From the NCBI GenBank assembly GCA_965197475.1, contig CBDANF010000003.1:896001-960000 (forward strand): a stretch of DNA of 64,000 nt, in the 5' to 3' direction. Source of the stretch: Candidatus Poribacteria bacterium. GTDB taxonomy: Bacteria > Poribacteria > WGA-4E > WGA-3G. Position numbers and translations under genes: made by a program. Under the pieces are notes generated by a model. That model worked only from the letters and a program-made list of their open reading frames with translations. It ran no database searches and had not been told where the DNA came from. Each line of letters opens with the position of its first letter. The first letter of the stretch is position 1. This document shows, in pieces, positions 1 through 10,070 of the stretch.

Positions 1-299
1 ACTGGCGCAACGAGTACACCCTGCAAAAATCCTTCTCGCCGCTCATTCACAACCGAGATTGTAGCAAAAATGGCTGTAAAAAGCAACACTAAAACAACGA
101 TACCAGGGTAGAAATACTCTATGTAACCTTGTTTCTCTGAATCTCCAAATGGTTGGAATGATGCACTCAAACCACTTCCGATTAGAATCCAAAATACTAA
201 GGGTTGTGCAATCGCACTAAAGAGTCTGCTCCTTTGTCGAAAAAACCTGATGATCTCACGCCACCATATCGTTGTAACTGGTAGCAAAACGCTCAACAT
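1..299 (-). CDS. ABC-2 type transporter permease (partial, runs off window)
   Basis: Minus-strand reading from ATG 299: MLSVLLPVTTIWWREIIRFFRQRSRL...EYFYPGIVVLVLLFTAIFATISVVNERREGFLQGVLVAP; directly follows the ABC ATPase. Confidence 0.85.
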   Translation of the reverse strand, partial: MLSVLLPVTTIWWREIIRFFRQRSRLFSAIAQPLVFWILIGSGLSASFQPFGDSEKQGYIEYFYPGIVVLVLLFTAIFATISVVNERREGFLQGVLVAP

Positions 300-310
300 T
301 TCGCTATCCC

Positions 311-1231
311 CTAAACAAAAGGGTTTCCTGTTAACTTGATGAATACGTCCTCTAATGTCGGTTTACCGAACCGAACCGCTTGAATCTCATCAGGGAATGC
401 TGCGACAACATCTCTAACAAACTCATGTGCACTTTCACATTCAATGCGCAAACAGTTCTCTGTTAATACTGGAAAAACATCAAACCTGTCAGCAATTGCG
501 GTACTGAGTGTTTCGCTGTTATCGCTTTCTATCAGAACAACATCACCACCAATTTGAGCCTTGAGTTCGTCAGGTGTTCCGAGGGCAACTAACCTACTGC
601 TATCCAAAATACCTACTCGGTTAGACAACTCCGCTTCATCCAAAAGATGTGTTGTCAGTAGAACAAGGATATTTTCCGTTTTCACAAGTAAACTCAGATA
701 GTCGCTCAGTTGTCTTCGGACACCAACATCCAGTCCACTACTCGGTTCATCAAGAAGCAAAACGCGTGGGGCATGGAGCATCGCTTTTGCGATTTCAACC
801 CGTCTTTGTAAACCTCCGGACAACTCTTCAACAAGGTCATCTGCTCTATCTTTGATGTCAAACTTTTCAAGAAATTCTGAAATTCGGTTGTTCAGATTTT
901 TACCTTTTAATCCATAGAGATGACCGTGATGTCGTAAATTCTCCTTAACAGTGAGTTTGACATCTAATCCGGGACGTTGAAAAACAACCCCTAATAATTT
1001 CCGAATTGCTTTTGCGTCAATGCTCAAGTCGTGTCCGAAAATTTTCACACTCCCGGACGTTGGCGGCATCAATGTAGACAGAATCTTAAAAAGAGTTGTT
1101 TTTCCACTACCGTTCGGACCGAGAAAACATAAAATCTCGCCACTTGATACGGTGAAACTTACATTGTCCAATGCACAACGTGTGTCGTAGGTGTGCGTCA
1201 GATTTTCGACCGTAATCGTATTTTCACTCAC
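311..1231 (-). CDS. ABC transporter ATP-binding protein (DrrA/NodI-like)
   Basis: Walker A GPNGSGKT, signature LSGG, Walker B LLLDEP, H-loop TTH. Confidence 0.95.
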   Translation of the reverse strand: MSENTITVENLTHTYDTRCALDNVSFTVSSGEILCFLGPNGSGKTTLFKILSTLMPPTSGSVKIFGHDLSIDAKAIRKLLGVVFQRPGLDVKLTVKENLRHHGHLYGLKGKNLNNRISEFLEKFDIKDRADDLVEELSGGLQRRVEIAKAMLHAPRVLLLDEPSSGLDVGVRRQLSDYLSLLVKTENILVLLTTHLLDEAELSNRVGILDSSRLVALGTPDELKAQIGGDVVLIESDNSETLSTAIADRFDVFPVLTENCLRIECESAHEFVRDVVAAFPDEIQAVRFGKPTLEDVFIKLTGNPFV

Positions 1232-2022
1232 TTAGATTCTTTTAGTTTTAGCGTGAAATCCAGCTTGACCTCTCCACCAGCAGCGATCGTGACAGTTTGA
1301 GGTTCCTTGTTATTGGTACCGCATGCTTCATGCCAATAACCTAATTTATAGGTTCCTGGTGGAACATCTTTAAGTGTGAATTCACCCTTTTCGTTCGTCA
1401 CAGCAAAGTAGGGGTGTGGGACATAAGCGACCCAAGCCTTCATCCAGCCATGGATATCACATTTCACTTCAACTGGACCTTCCGCTTTGGCTATACCTTT
1501 GAGTCGTAACTTCTTGATCATCCTCGTCTGCTGTTTATTAATATCATCATCAGCAAGCGTGATATGCACATTATGAGTAACCTTATCGTTATTCAGCATC
1601 GTGAGGCGAGCACCGACAGGAATGATCTGGACGTGCGGGGTGAATTTACATCCTTTCTGATCAATTTCTGGTTTTTTCGCTTCAGCGTCAAAGTCTTTGC
1701 CTGCTGAAATGTTCATCAGATAGACGACCGTATTTTTTAATGTTTTACCTTCACCGACAACAACAGATTCATCAAATTTTTCTGTAGCACCACAGACCAC
1801 TTCATCTTTCGTGATTTCCAGTTTTTTCATTTCAGGTACTTCGCCTTCAAACTTAACGACACCGCTGATTTTTCCACCATTGTTAACAGCCATGGTTTTA
1901 TATGATTTGGGAAAAACAATTTTATTCATATCTTCTTCTTTTTCGTGCTGGTCTGCAAACACAATCAGACCGAAGCAGCACGCGAGAAGAACTGTAAGAT
2001 ATGCGAACATTTTAGTTTTCAT
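1228..2022 (-). CDS. secreted cupredoxin-like / carboxypeptidase-regulatory-like domain protein
   Basis: Signal peptide; DQKGCKFTPH, HNVH...CDIHGWM type-1 copper-like ligand set; paralog of 8796..9563. Confidence 0.75.
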   Translation of the reverse strand: MKTKMFAYLTVLLACCFGLIVFADQHEKEEDMNKIVFPKSYKTMAVNNGGKISGVVKFEGEVPEMKKLEITKDEVVCGATEKFDESVVVGEGKTLKNTVVYLMNISAGKDFDAEAKKPEIDQKGCKFTPHVQIIPVGARLTMLNNDKVTHNVHITLADDDINKQQTRMIKKLRLKGIAKAEGPVEVKCDIHGWMKAWVAYVPHPYFAVTNEKGEFTLKDVPPGTYKLGYWHEACGTNNKEPQTVTIAAGGEVKLDFTLKLKESK

Positions 2023-2177
2023 TTTTTATCTCCTTTATTGACGCACATATTTGAATCGCTGATTTCCCACCATACATCAGGTGATAATTTTGCGTCCAAT
2101 GGTGCATCTTGATGAAGTTCCAAAATATAATTAAGGTTAGGGAACATCGCTGCTCCAGTTATTTTGATTCAATTGAA

Positions 2178-3887
2178 TTATGTATTTCTTCGCTGTACGG
2201 ACTCTCGTAGACCAATCAGTAAACCAAAAGAAAGAAGAGCCACTAACGGGGGATAAATAAACCTTTTTGATGAAGGAACCGGTTCAAGAACAAAAGTATA
2301 CCAACTTGAGATAACTCGTTTCGTGTCAACATCACCATTTGCGCCATCCCAGGCAGAAAAGGCGATAGGCACAAATACAGCGGGTTCAATCTGTAGGTCT
2401 TTCTTATCATCTGTTTTCAAGGCACGTTTAACCCATAACCTATACTGTCCATCAGTATATTTACCCTCTATCTGAATGTCGCCTTGAACCTCTTGATCCT
2501 CAGCTTTGTTGATACCCTTTGCAGTGAGTTCCGTAATCTTATCAGCATCAGATGCTTTCCACTGCCACAAGTAGACCGGGAGTTTTCCGCCCCAAAGGAA
2601 ATAAGGTTTTGGATCTGTGGGACTTTTCGGCACCTTTACCGGAAACTGAATTGTCAACCCATCTACATAAATTTTGCCAATCTCTTCGTTCTCTTTGACC
2701 GCGGTATTGTGTGTTCTGTCATCCCATGTAAAAAGGAATGCGATCTCTGTGTCATTGTAAAAAGATTTGACGTTAACCGAGTCAATTGTCGGATTAAACT
2801 GTCTCGGTTCAATAATAATCTGCCCAACAAGTGGAAAGTAGCTTGAATCAAGCGTCCCCCAGGCAGCATCGGCTAATGCTGGCAAATCACCTGTAACGTA
2901 TTGTGATCTAAGCACGTTGTTGCCAATCGCTGGCTCAGGACGTTTTTCAGGGACAAGAGATTTGACATAGTTTGCAAGATGCCAACTTTTTTCATAGACC
3001 ACCTTCATTGCATCATCATAGATTTTTTGAGCTTCAGGGGTTAATTCCATGCCCTCAGCACGATCAAGTGCAGCGTCAATTGCGTTTTCAATTTTCTCTG
3101 AATACTTCTCGTATTCAGATTCCTCATCTGGGGTTATCTCATCTTTGTTCTCTAATTCTGCAACGCGTTTAGATTCTTCTGGTGTCAATCCGAAATGATA
3201 GAAACTGTCGCCTTCAAATGCGGGCATTGGCGACCCCGCAATTCCGCCGATGAATCGCTTAAAGATGTCTTCGGGATCAGACCCGCCCCGGTAATTCCAA
3301 CTCTCAGTAAGATTGGCAGGCCAGGTTTTGAAATCCCAACTATCTGTTAGTGTTGGTGCTGATGTACCATCGCCTCTTCCCACATTCCCATGACATTCAA
3401 TGCAACCGAGTTCGGTGTACAACACCTTTCCAATTTCCACACTCTCTTTAGAGTATGCAATTTTACCTTCCAAACTAATTTGCCGTGGTGGAGTTTCACG
3501 TTCCTTGAACCCATCATAAAAAGTTTTAATATATGCTACTACTTCCCAACGCTCGTTGGCACTTAGAGATGTTTCCCATTCCGGCATTGACGATCCGGGC
3601 ATTCCTTTGGTAATGATATCAAATAAATCCTGATCGGTTGGAAGTTGACCACTTTCTGTAGAGCGAATCTTATACAACCCACGTGTGAAATCTCTGGGTC
3701 TCGGTAACAGATTTTCAGCTGCGCTTCCATCTCCACGACCTTCCGTCCCGTGGCAATGTGCGCAACTTTCCTCATAAACCTCTTTTCCTTTCTCAGAGAC
3801 TTCAGGAGCATCCTGCGCAAATGTTACGTTAAAAACAGCAAGTAAACCTAAAATCATGACTAAGAGAATAACAATTTTGTTTCTCAT
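2178..3887 (-). CDS. diheme cytochrome c fused to EB_dh (heme b, NxrC/EbdC-like) domain, C-terminal membrane anchor
   Basis: CAHCH and CIECH motifs; C-terminal half with WDD, KPYFLWG, AFSAWDG..K typical of DMSO-reductase type II heme b subunits; signal peptide and C-terminal TM helix. Confidence 0.8.
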   Translation of the reverse strand: MRNKIVILLVMILGLLAVFNVTFAQDAPEVSEKGKEVYEESCAHCHGTEGRGDGSAAENLLPRPRDFTRGLYKIRSTESGQLPTDQDLFDIITKGMPGSSMPEWETSLSANERWEVVAYIKTFYDGFKERETPPRQISLEGKIAYSKESVEIGKVLYTELGCIECHGNVGRGDGTSAPTLTDSWDFKTWPANLTESWNYRGGSDPEDIFKRFIGGIAGSPMPAFEGDSFYHFGLTPEESKRVAELENKDEITPDEESEYEKYSEKIENAIDAALDRAEGMELTPEAQKIYDDAMKVVYEKSWHLANYVKSLVPEKRPEPAIGNNVLRSQYVTGDLPALADAAWGTLDSSYFPLVGQIIIEPRQFNPTIDSVNVKSFYNDTEIAFLFTWDDRTHNTAVKENEEIGKIYVDGLTIQFPVKVPKSPTDPKPYFLWGGKLPVYLWQWKASDADKITELTAKGINKAEDQEVQGDIQIEGKYTDGQYRLWVKRALKTDDKKDLQIEPAVFVPIAFSAWDGANGDVDTKRVISSWYTFVLEPVPSSKRFIYPPLVALLSFGLLIGLRESVQRRNT

Positions 3888-3888
3888 T

Positions 3889-4665
3889 TTAGTGTCCCTC
3901 GGCGCGCGGCATATTTCCTGTATAGTCGGATAGGAACAGGATAACGTCCCAAATTTCGTCTTGAGTTAGGTGGTCTTCCCAGATAGGCATAGCAGAATTC
4001 CACGGCGTGCCAGATGGAGGTAACCCAGGCCCACCTTTACTAATTCGCCAAAAAAGATATGATTCCTGCAAAATTGGAATGATACCTACGTCTTGGAAAT
4101 TCGCTGGTAACGGATTCAGCGCGTGAGCAAAATGTCCTTGCCCATCAAGATGATCTCCGTGACAAAAAAAGCAGTTTTTATAATATACACTTCTTCCATT
4201 TTCCACATGTGACTTGAATTCTTCCGGGTTATCTTTTTCCAAATGCCGATAGGGATTCTCTACCTCCTGCATTGTCCCGATGACCTTATCTTTATATGTC
4301 AATTTGAATTCGGATGGTGGGGCGGGGTGTGCAACCCGTGGATCTCCCGCTGGATTGGCTTTTTGTGCGATATTTGTGTAGGTATATCCGAGCATAAGGA
4401 GCGGAATCAATACTGCCAAAACGATACGCCGAACACGACGGTTCTCATCAACGAGCGTCTCGTGAACGGGGCGGAGGAATTCCCGAAATCTTGTGTCTTC
4501 AACGGAGACATGCACCAAAATGGCGATGAGGACTAACCCCATATACATCGCTATCACGCTGCTCGGTATCGGTTTTGAGATAACACCGCCAATGACGAAC
4601 TCCAAAAACACCCAACATGCGATGAAAATTATGAAACATATTGTGAAAAGTGATAGCCTTTTCAT
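3889..4665 (-). CDS. membrane-anchored monoheme cytochrome c
   Basis: Three N-terminal TM segments, CFFCH, distal Met in SAMP. Confidence 0.85.
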   Translation of the reverse strand: MKRLSLFTICFIIFIACWVFLEFVIGGVISKPIPSSVIAMYMGLVLIAILVHVSVEDTRFREFLRPVHETLVDENRRVRRIVLAVLIPLLMLGYTYTNIAQKANPAGDPRVAHPAPPSEFKLTYKDKVIGTMQEVENPYRHLEKDNPEEFKSHVENGRSVYYKNCFFCHGDHLDGQGHFAHALNPLPANFQDVGIIPILQESYLFWRISKGGPGLPPSGTPWNSAMPIWEDHLTQDEIWDVILFLSDYTGNMPRAEGH

Positions 4666-4714
4666 GGTTCTTCCTCTTATGCGTTTTTATTACTCCAAAG
4701 AATGTGTTGTTTAG

Positions 4715-6244
4715 TTATTCTGTTGTGGCTTCGTTAGAATCAACTGATGCTTCAGTTGATTCTGCGGATGCGTCAGCTGTTGCTGTTTCGCCTGTCAATG
4801 TGCTTAAGAAAGCAAGTAGATTCGCCATATCCGATACCGATAAGATAATCGGAAAATTATCTGGCATTGGGGACTTAACAAGCAACCTTTTGCCAAAAGC
4901 GGCTGCTATAATAGCCTCTTCTATATCAAACGGATCGAAACTCTCTTCACTTCCATCAACCATTAAGACGATCTTGTCATCCGTTTCCGATACATATTCC
5001 CCGACAGTCTGTACACTATCATAATCCGTGAGAGTCATCTGCTTTTTCACATCAGTTTTAGACACTGTTTGGGTCTCATCTCCAACTTTGAGCGTCACAG
5101 CATCGTCGGATTCCTCAACGATTTCGCCACTTACGGGTGTGTCTGATCCTGTTGGTGTTAGCGTTAATGTGAAATATCCTTTATCCTTTAGATTTGCAAG
5201 GTCTTCAATCGGCTCCTCATCAAATTCACTGAACAAGATAGTGTGTTCTTCTTCTGTCCCATCGTCGGCTTTTGTGCGGACAACAATCTTTTCAGCATCT
5301 TGTGAAACAAGTGTTCCTTCGTAAGTTGTCCCTTTAGCTTTAATTTTAACCGTACCGTAACCACTAACAATTTCTGCATGCGGTTTTAGGATTGATTCTT
5401 CAATATAACGCGGTTCGTTAAATGCAGCAATCTCTGAGAGTTCTGGAGCTGTGACGACTTCAAAGTCTTCATTTCCCTCTCCAGCTTTCGGATTTTCTAC
5501 ACCTTTTATCTCATGACAAGAAATACAAGCTGCCTCTATAAAAACCTTCTTCCCAGCCTCTGGATCGCCAGTGAGTAAAGGTGGAAGTGCTTCTGCTGTT
5601 GTCCCTATGTCTGCTCTATTAATTGGTTCAGCAAAAGGTTCTGGGTCAATTTCACCGCCTTGGCTTTGTAGAAATGCGATGACCGCTTGAATCTCTAACT
5701 TTGTGAGTGCGATCGGATTTTTCCAAACCTCAGGCATTATTTTTCCGTATCCAGGCACCAAATATTTGCTTGGTTCATAAAGAGATTCAATCAGATACGC
5801 TTTCGCACCCATGCCGGGCTGGCGGTTCGCCGCGTTAATACCGATATCTGTCAAATCAGGACATCTACCTTTCGGCGCAGAGGTATCCAGGGTGTGGCAC
5901 GCGCTACACTGTCCTTTTGCATTAAAGATGGCTGCACCAATTTCAACCACCGCATCGGGGTCACTCCAGTCTAATTCAGTCACTGGTCCAGATGCTGTTG
6001 ATGTGTCCGGCACTAATCCTGCTATAAACGCGTAACACCATATTATACCAAGCGAGAACGACACCAATTTCATGACAGGGAACCACACCACCATGTTCAC
6101 CAAGACTGAAATCGTAAACCAGACCGACCACGGTAATAAGTTTTCAGAACCGATTGGAAAAGCGGGTGCTTTCGCAATATAGGCGATGAAACTTACCACC
6201 ATTAAGATTAAACCTGCGATTTTTATGAGTGTATTTCTTGACAT
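4715..6244 (-). CDS. membrane-anchored diheme cytochrome c
   Basis: CSACH and CISCH, N-terminal TM helices, KIMP/SPMP distal Met candidates. Confidence 0.85.
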   Translation of the reverse strand: MSRNTLIKIAGLILMVVSFIAYIAKAPAFPIGSENLLPWSVWFTISVLVNMVVWFPVMKLVSFSLGIIWCYAFIAGLVPDTSTASGPVTELDWSDPDAVVEIGAAIFNAKGQCSACHTLDTSAPKGRCPDLTDIGINAANRQPGMGAKAYLIESLYEPSKYLVPGYGKIMPEVWKNPIALTKLEIQAVIAFLQSQGGEIDPEPFAEPINRADIGTTAEALPPLLTGDPEAGKKVFIEAACISCHEIKGVENPKAGEGNEDFEVVTAPELSEIAAFNEPRYIEESILKPHAEIVSGYGTVKIKAKGTTYEGTLVSQDAEKIVVRTKADDGTEEEHTILFSEFDEEPIEDLANLKDKGYFTLTLTPTGSDTPVSGEIVEESDDAVTLKVGDETQTVSKTDVKKQMTLTDYDSVQTVGEYVSETDDKIVLMVDGSEESFDPFDIEEAIIAAAFGKRLLVKSPMPDNFPIILSVSDMANLLAFLSTLTGETATADASAESTEASVDSNEATTE

Positions 6245-6328
6245 TTATACGAAACTCCGATAACGGTTTTGAGAGAACAACTTTCCTGATAAAATAATGT
6301 GCGGACGCTGCTGTATCCTTAATCGGGG

Positions 6329-6802
6329 TTACCAACGCCTTTCCGTAGCAATTCTTCCCGCAAAAGTTCCTAACACTGTCGCCCACGGTGTTGCAATGCA
6401 CCCTGCAGTGAGAACCCCGGCAGTACAACCGAGGGATGCTGCATTTAGTGCATCTGTATTCCTTTGCCCTTTATAGTAAGCTACATAAAGGGCAATATAT
6501 TCAGGTGATTTGCCAACAAGGCGTGTCGGTGCCGGTGATGGTTCATAAAAATAAGCCCCTACAATGCCAAGGGAACCTAACAAGCAGCCGCCGCCTATCC
6601 CTAAACACAATCCGCCCGAACACCATAGCCATCTTTCAATTTTGGCATCAACAATTGCATCTGCTTTGGCGGTTTCAATAATCTGATGCTCGCGGTTGTC
6701 AGTTGTCATATAGTAAGTATCGGGAACACACCCAACTATCGAAAGCAATAGTATACTGAAGGCTACCAAAAGAAGCAAACTAACATCTTTCTTCTTTTTC
6801 AT
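6329..6802 (-). CDS. hypothetical lipoprotein (GKSPEY family), paralog of IS cargo 49312..49701
   Basis: Lipobox-like LSIVGC; GCLLG and LVGKSPEYIALY motifs shared with 49312..49701. Confidence 0.7.
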   Translation of the reverse strand: MKKKKDVSLLLLVAFSILLLSIVGCVPDTYYMTTDNREHQIIETAKADAIVDAKIERWLWCSGGLCLGIGGGCLLGSLGIVGAYFYEPSPAPTRLVGKSPEYIALYVAYYKGQRNTDALNAASLGCTAGVLTAGCIATPWATVLGTFAGRIATERRW

Positions 6803-6818
6803 TTCAGTCCTCTATTAG

Positions 6819-8753
6819 TTAGTCATCACTTTCCGCAGCGACTGCGGCTTCGCTGGGAACCGCCTGTTGCTTCTTTTTTTCACCCCACAAACCGAGCCAG
6901 AAAATAAACCCAACCAATGCGAAGAAGATTACCATTATGATCGCAACCATGTTTACGGCATCGCTCAGAGTAGGCGTGAAGGCATCGGGCGAAGTATCCT
7001 TCATAACACCAAAGATATGCCATCCCTCACGAAGGCCGGAGCGCGCATACCCCATCAAACCCATCAGCGAGGTAAAAGTAATTGCGAGCAGAATTAAAAC
7101 ATATTGAGACCTTTCTGTCATCTCTCCCCATTTGATAGTGCCTGATGTTGTTGCTTTTCGATACATAAAAATATCAATTATTGTCACGATAAACATAACA
7201 CTAAGTGCTATCATCACCTGCCAGGGTGTCAACACATTTTCGCGATAGAGGGGTGGAAGTTTCTTACTAAATCCAACGATACCGATAACGACAATTGAAA
7301 CCACGCCTAAAAAGAAAATTACCGAAATAATGATATTGCCCACGCTTTTCCAACTCGCCGTAGGTGTTTTACCGGAACGTCTATAAAAAAGAAAACTGAG
7401 GAAAGTTGTCAAAATAACGATATTTACCACAGTATTTTTGGCTGTCATCAACCCGAAAAATCCAAGGTGTGGATGGTTTGCCCCACCCATTGCACTCAGT
7501 TCAGATGCTGAGGAAATTGTTGATAGCGTCCGAGGAGTCATCCATACAGCCACACAGATTACAATGATTGCAATCATATATGGACGATAACGCGCATATT
7601 TCTCTGCCCCTTCAATTCTTCCCATCCCAGACCAAAGATAGTAGTTCGCACCTATAAAAAGCACACCAATCATTACCGCTTGAATGATAAATAGCCAAGA
7701 GAAGAGATTACCCATCATGTTGATGCCCATGGTGGTATCGAAATCATAGATTTCTTTACCTAACCAATAACCGGCGAAAGGCAGTGGAATCAGTCCGCAC
7801 AAAGCGATGAAGTTTCCGTTGTATCCCATCCAATCGTAGTGTGCTTTATCCTCTTTTGTTTTCGCAACGAGGTAGCGAAATGCAGCGTAAGCAGCCACAA
7901 TGGAACCGCCAAAAGCGATGTTTCCGATGAGACGATGAATATTGACAGGCATCCATGTAAAATTGTTGACTGCTTCCCAGACGTTCGCCAAGAATTCGCC
8001 TGTAGTTTCGTCGTGGAGTGAGATTACGGTTGCATCTATAACGCCTTCCAGTACTTCAGCGCGGGTTAATTCAGGATTCTGTGCTAAAGCTTGTTCTAAC
8101 CATGCTTCCTTGGTTTCATCAGATAACTTCCCGTATTGTGTCGCAGGACTTGTCTGATAGGTGAGCCACGTGTTTGAAACAAACATAATCGCAGTTCCCC
8201 ATACGTTTAAGAGAACACCGAGAAATAGGTGCCACCCTTTAAAACGTCCCTGCATCTTATCCCAACCGTAAGAATAGAGGTAAAGCGTAAACGTCTCTCC
8301 GAAAAACAAGACGACGTAGAAAATCATCGTCGGACCGAAGATTCCGCTCATCTTGCTCAATACTTTGGGATAACACCACACAAGGATAAAGACGAGAACG
8401 CCCCCAAGCAAAGCAGTCGTTGAAAATGCGCCCATACAGAGTTTGATAAACTCTTGTGCCATTCTGTCGTATCGTTCTTCCTTGGTCCGCCAACCGATAA
8501 ACTCAATGATAACAGCAAACATCGGCACACCAAGGATAAAGGAACCGAACAAAAGGTGCAGTTGTGCGGCAATCCAAGCAGCATTTCTGCTACCGATCTT
8601 CGGGAACGGACGGTATTCTGCATCCGTCATGTCTTCTGCAAATGCCGGCACAACTGCAAATAACACAAAACCGAGCAGCACAAAACCGAGTATGAGGTAG
8701 AGTCTCTTTTTAATAATAAGAGAGGAACAACAACGCATTTTCTTTTCTCGCAA
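6819..8753 (-). CDS. cytochrome bd-like oxidase subunit I (CydA-like, no CydB partner)
   Basis: Many TM helices; AQLHLLFGSF, NIHRLIGN and MGYARSGLRE..HIFG resemble CydA heme-ligand regions; extended 644 aa form. Confidence 0.8.
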   Translation of the reverse strand: MREKKMRCCSSLIIKKRLYLILGFVLLGFVLFAVVPAFAEDMTDAEYRPFPKIGSRNAAWIAAQLHLLFGSFILGVPMFAVIIEFIGWRTKEERYDRMAQEFIKLCMGAFSTTALLGGVLVFILVWCYPKVLSKMSGIFGPTMIFYVVLFFGETFTLYLYSYGWDKMQGRFKGWHLFLGVLLNVWGTAIMFVSNTWLTYQTSPATQYGKLSDETKEAWLEQALAQNPELTRAEVLEGVIDATVISLHDETTGEFLANVWEAVNNFTWMPVNIHRLIGNIAFGGSIVAAYAAFRYLVAKTKEDKAHYDWMGYNGNFIALCGLIPLPFAGYWLGKEIYDFDTTMGINMMGNLFSWLFIIQAVMIGVLFIGANYYLWSGMGRIEGAEKYARYRPYMIAIIVICVAVWMTPRTLSTISSASELSAMGGANHPHLGFFGLMTAKNTVVNIVILTTFLSFLFYRRSGKTPTASWKSVGNIIISVIFFLGVVSIVVIGIVGFSKKLPPLYRENVLTPWQVMIALSVMFIVTIIDIFMYRKATTSGTIKWGEMTERSQYVLILLAITFTSLMGLMGYARSGLREGWHIFGVMKDTSPDAFTPTLSDAVNMVAIIMVIFFALVGFIFWLGLWGEKKKQQAVPSEAAVAAESDD

Positions 8754-8795
8754 CTGTTAGAATTACTTTATAAAGTCAAATAGGATCAAAAACAT

Positions 8796-9563
8796 CTATT
8801 TTTTCTTAGGCTTTTTAAAATCAGTGCTTTTGAAGTCCACCGAAATATCCCCACTTGCAGGCACTTCAACGGTTTTGTTTGCTGATCCGAGCGTTTCGTG
8901 CCATGCAATTACACGCGCTCTACCCGCTGGAACATCCTTTATACTATATTTGCCGGTGTCAGCAGACTTTTCGTAAGCATCCGGATGAATCCAGTTATCC
9001 TTATCATCTTTTTGCCCTGTTACTGTATAATAGTTACTACTAACAGCAACGATGTAACCACTCATCCAAGCATGAATATCACATGTCAACTTGATTGCTT
9101 CTGCTTTGGTGATTGTGTATGGGTAAACAGTCCCTTTTTGGGCAATCTGGATGTTAGGAGCTTCATTTTTCGCGGCATGTGAGTGAACATTATGCGCAAC
9201 TGGGTCACCAGAGGTAATATCAACGGTAGCACCTACAGGAACCACAAGAACATGGGGTAAATAACGGCAACCCTTCTGGTCAACTTTAGGATTTTCCTTT
9301 GGCATCTTTAGTTCTTGTTGTCCGCGAACGCGCGCATAAATCACAACATTCTGAATACCTTTTCCTTTTGAAACAACAAGTGCCTCTGATTTTGCACCTT
9401 TTGTAGCATCAATGCAGTGTTGTTCTTGCGTTTTAATTGTCAAGATTGGACGCGCTGGCGCATCGCCTTCATAGGTTACAGTTCCCGTGATATTTCCTGC
9501 ATAGGCAACACTTACCATTGTTCCACAAACAAGCAAGGCGATTATTGTCTTAAGATTTTTCAT
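8796..9563 (-). CDS. secreted cupredoxin-like / carboxypeptidase-regulatory-like domain protein
   Basis: Signal peptide; DQKGCRYLPH, HNVH...CDIHAWM. Confidence 0.75.
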   Translation of the reverse strand: MKNLKTIIALLVCGTMVSVAYAGNITGTVTYEGDAPARPILTIKTQEQHCIDATKGAKSEALVVSKGKGIQNVVIYARVRGQQELKMPKENPKVDQKGCRYLPHVLVVPVGATVDITSGDPVAHNVHSHAAKNEAPNIQIAQKGTVYPYTITKAEAIKLTCDIHAWMSGYIVAVSSNYYTVTGQKDDKDNWIHPDAYEKSADTGKYSIKDVPAGRARVIAWHETLGSANKTVEVPASGDISVDFKSTDFKKPKKK

Positions 9564-9641
9564 TGTTTTTCTCCTTATAGAATTCTTTATTTATTATATT
9601 AACACCTTAAGATTTGAAAAGGCAAACCGTTAAAAACAAAC

Positions 9642-9657
9642 ATCACGGATATCCGTG
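9642..9657. promoter_or_regulatory. palindromic site ATCACGGATATCCGTG, copy 1
   Basis: 14-bp perfect palindrome in an intergenic region; identical 16-mer at 15674..15689. Confidence 0.45.
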
Positions 9658-9661
9658 TGAA

Positions 9662-10018
9662 TTAAGGGCGGAAGGTCATCTTTATATATTCAAGAAGTTC
9701 CTGTTGCTCATCAACGTTAAGGTAGTAGTGAAAGGCGGGCATATCGTTTTTACCATCACGGATGCTTTTAAGTAGTTGCGCGTCGCCGTGCATCCCCCAC
9801 AAATTGATGTCGGTCAGGTCGGCAGGGTCTAATTTTTTGAAACGACCAATCCGTCCGTTGCCCTCACCACTGTTCCCATGGCATCCAGCACAGTATCTTA
9901 CATATTTGTATTCTATTTCTGTCCGATACTTCGTGCTGGGGTCAACTTGTTTCCCTAACCAGATGAACCCATTTAGCCACACAAAGATCATTACGATGAT
10001 GATAAGTAGATGTTTCAT
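9662..10018 (-). CDS. small monoheme cytochrome c
   Basis: CAGCH, DMPAF, N-terminal anchor. Confidence 0.85.
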   Translation of the reverse strand: MKHLLIIIVMIFVWLNGFIWLGKQVDPSTKYRTEIEYKYVRYCAGCHGNSGEGNGRIGRFKKLDPADLTDINLWGMHGDAQLLKSIRDGKNDMPAFHYYLNVDEQQELLEYIKMTFRP

Positions 10019-10070
10019 ATAGGACGGAACCTCCCTCGGTAGGGTCGAATTGAATCCGTGCCTACACTCT

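Noticed and set aside
2178-8753. Claim of nitrite oxidation or anammox metabolism
   Set aside because: No molybdopterin catalytic subunit (nxrA/narG) or hydrazine genes in the window; only accessory-type homologs
10039-10065. GTAG..CTAC REP-like palindrome
   Set aside because: Weak, imperfect single copy; not enough to define a repeat family within this window
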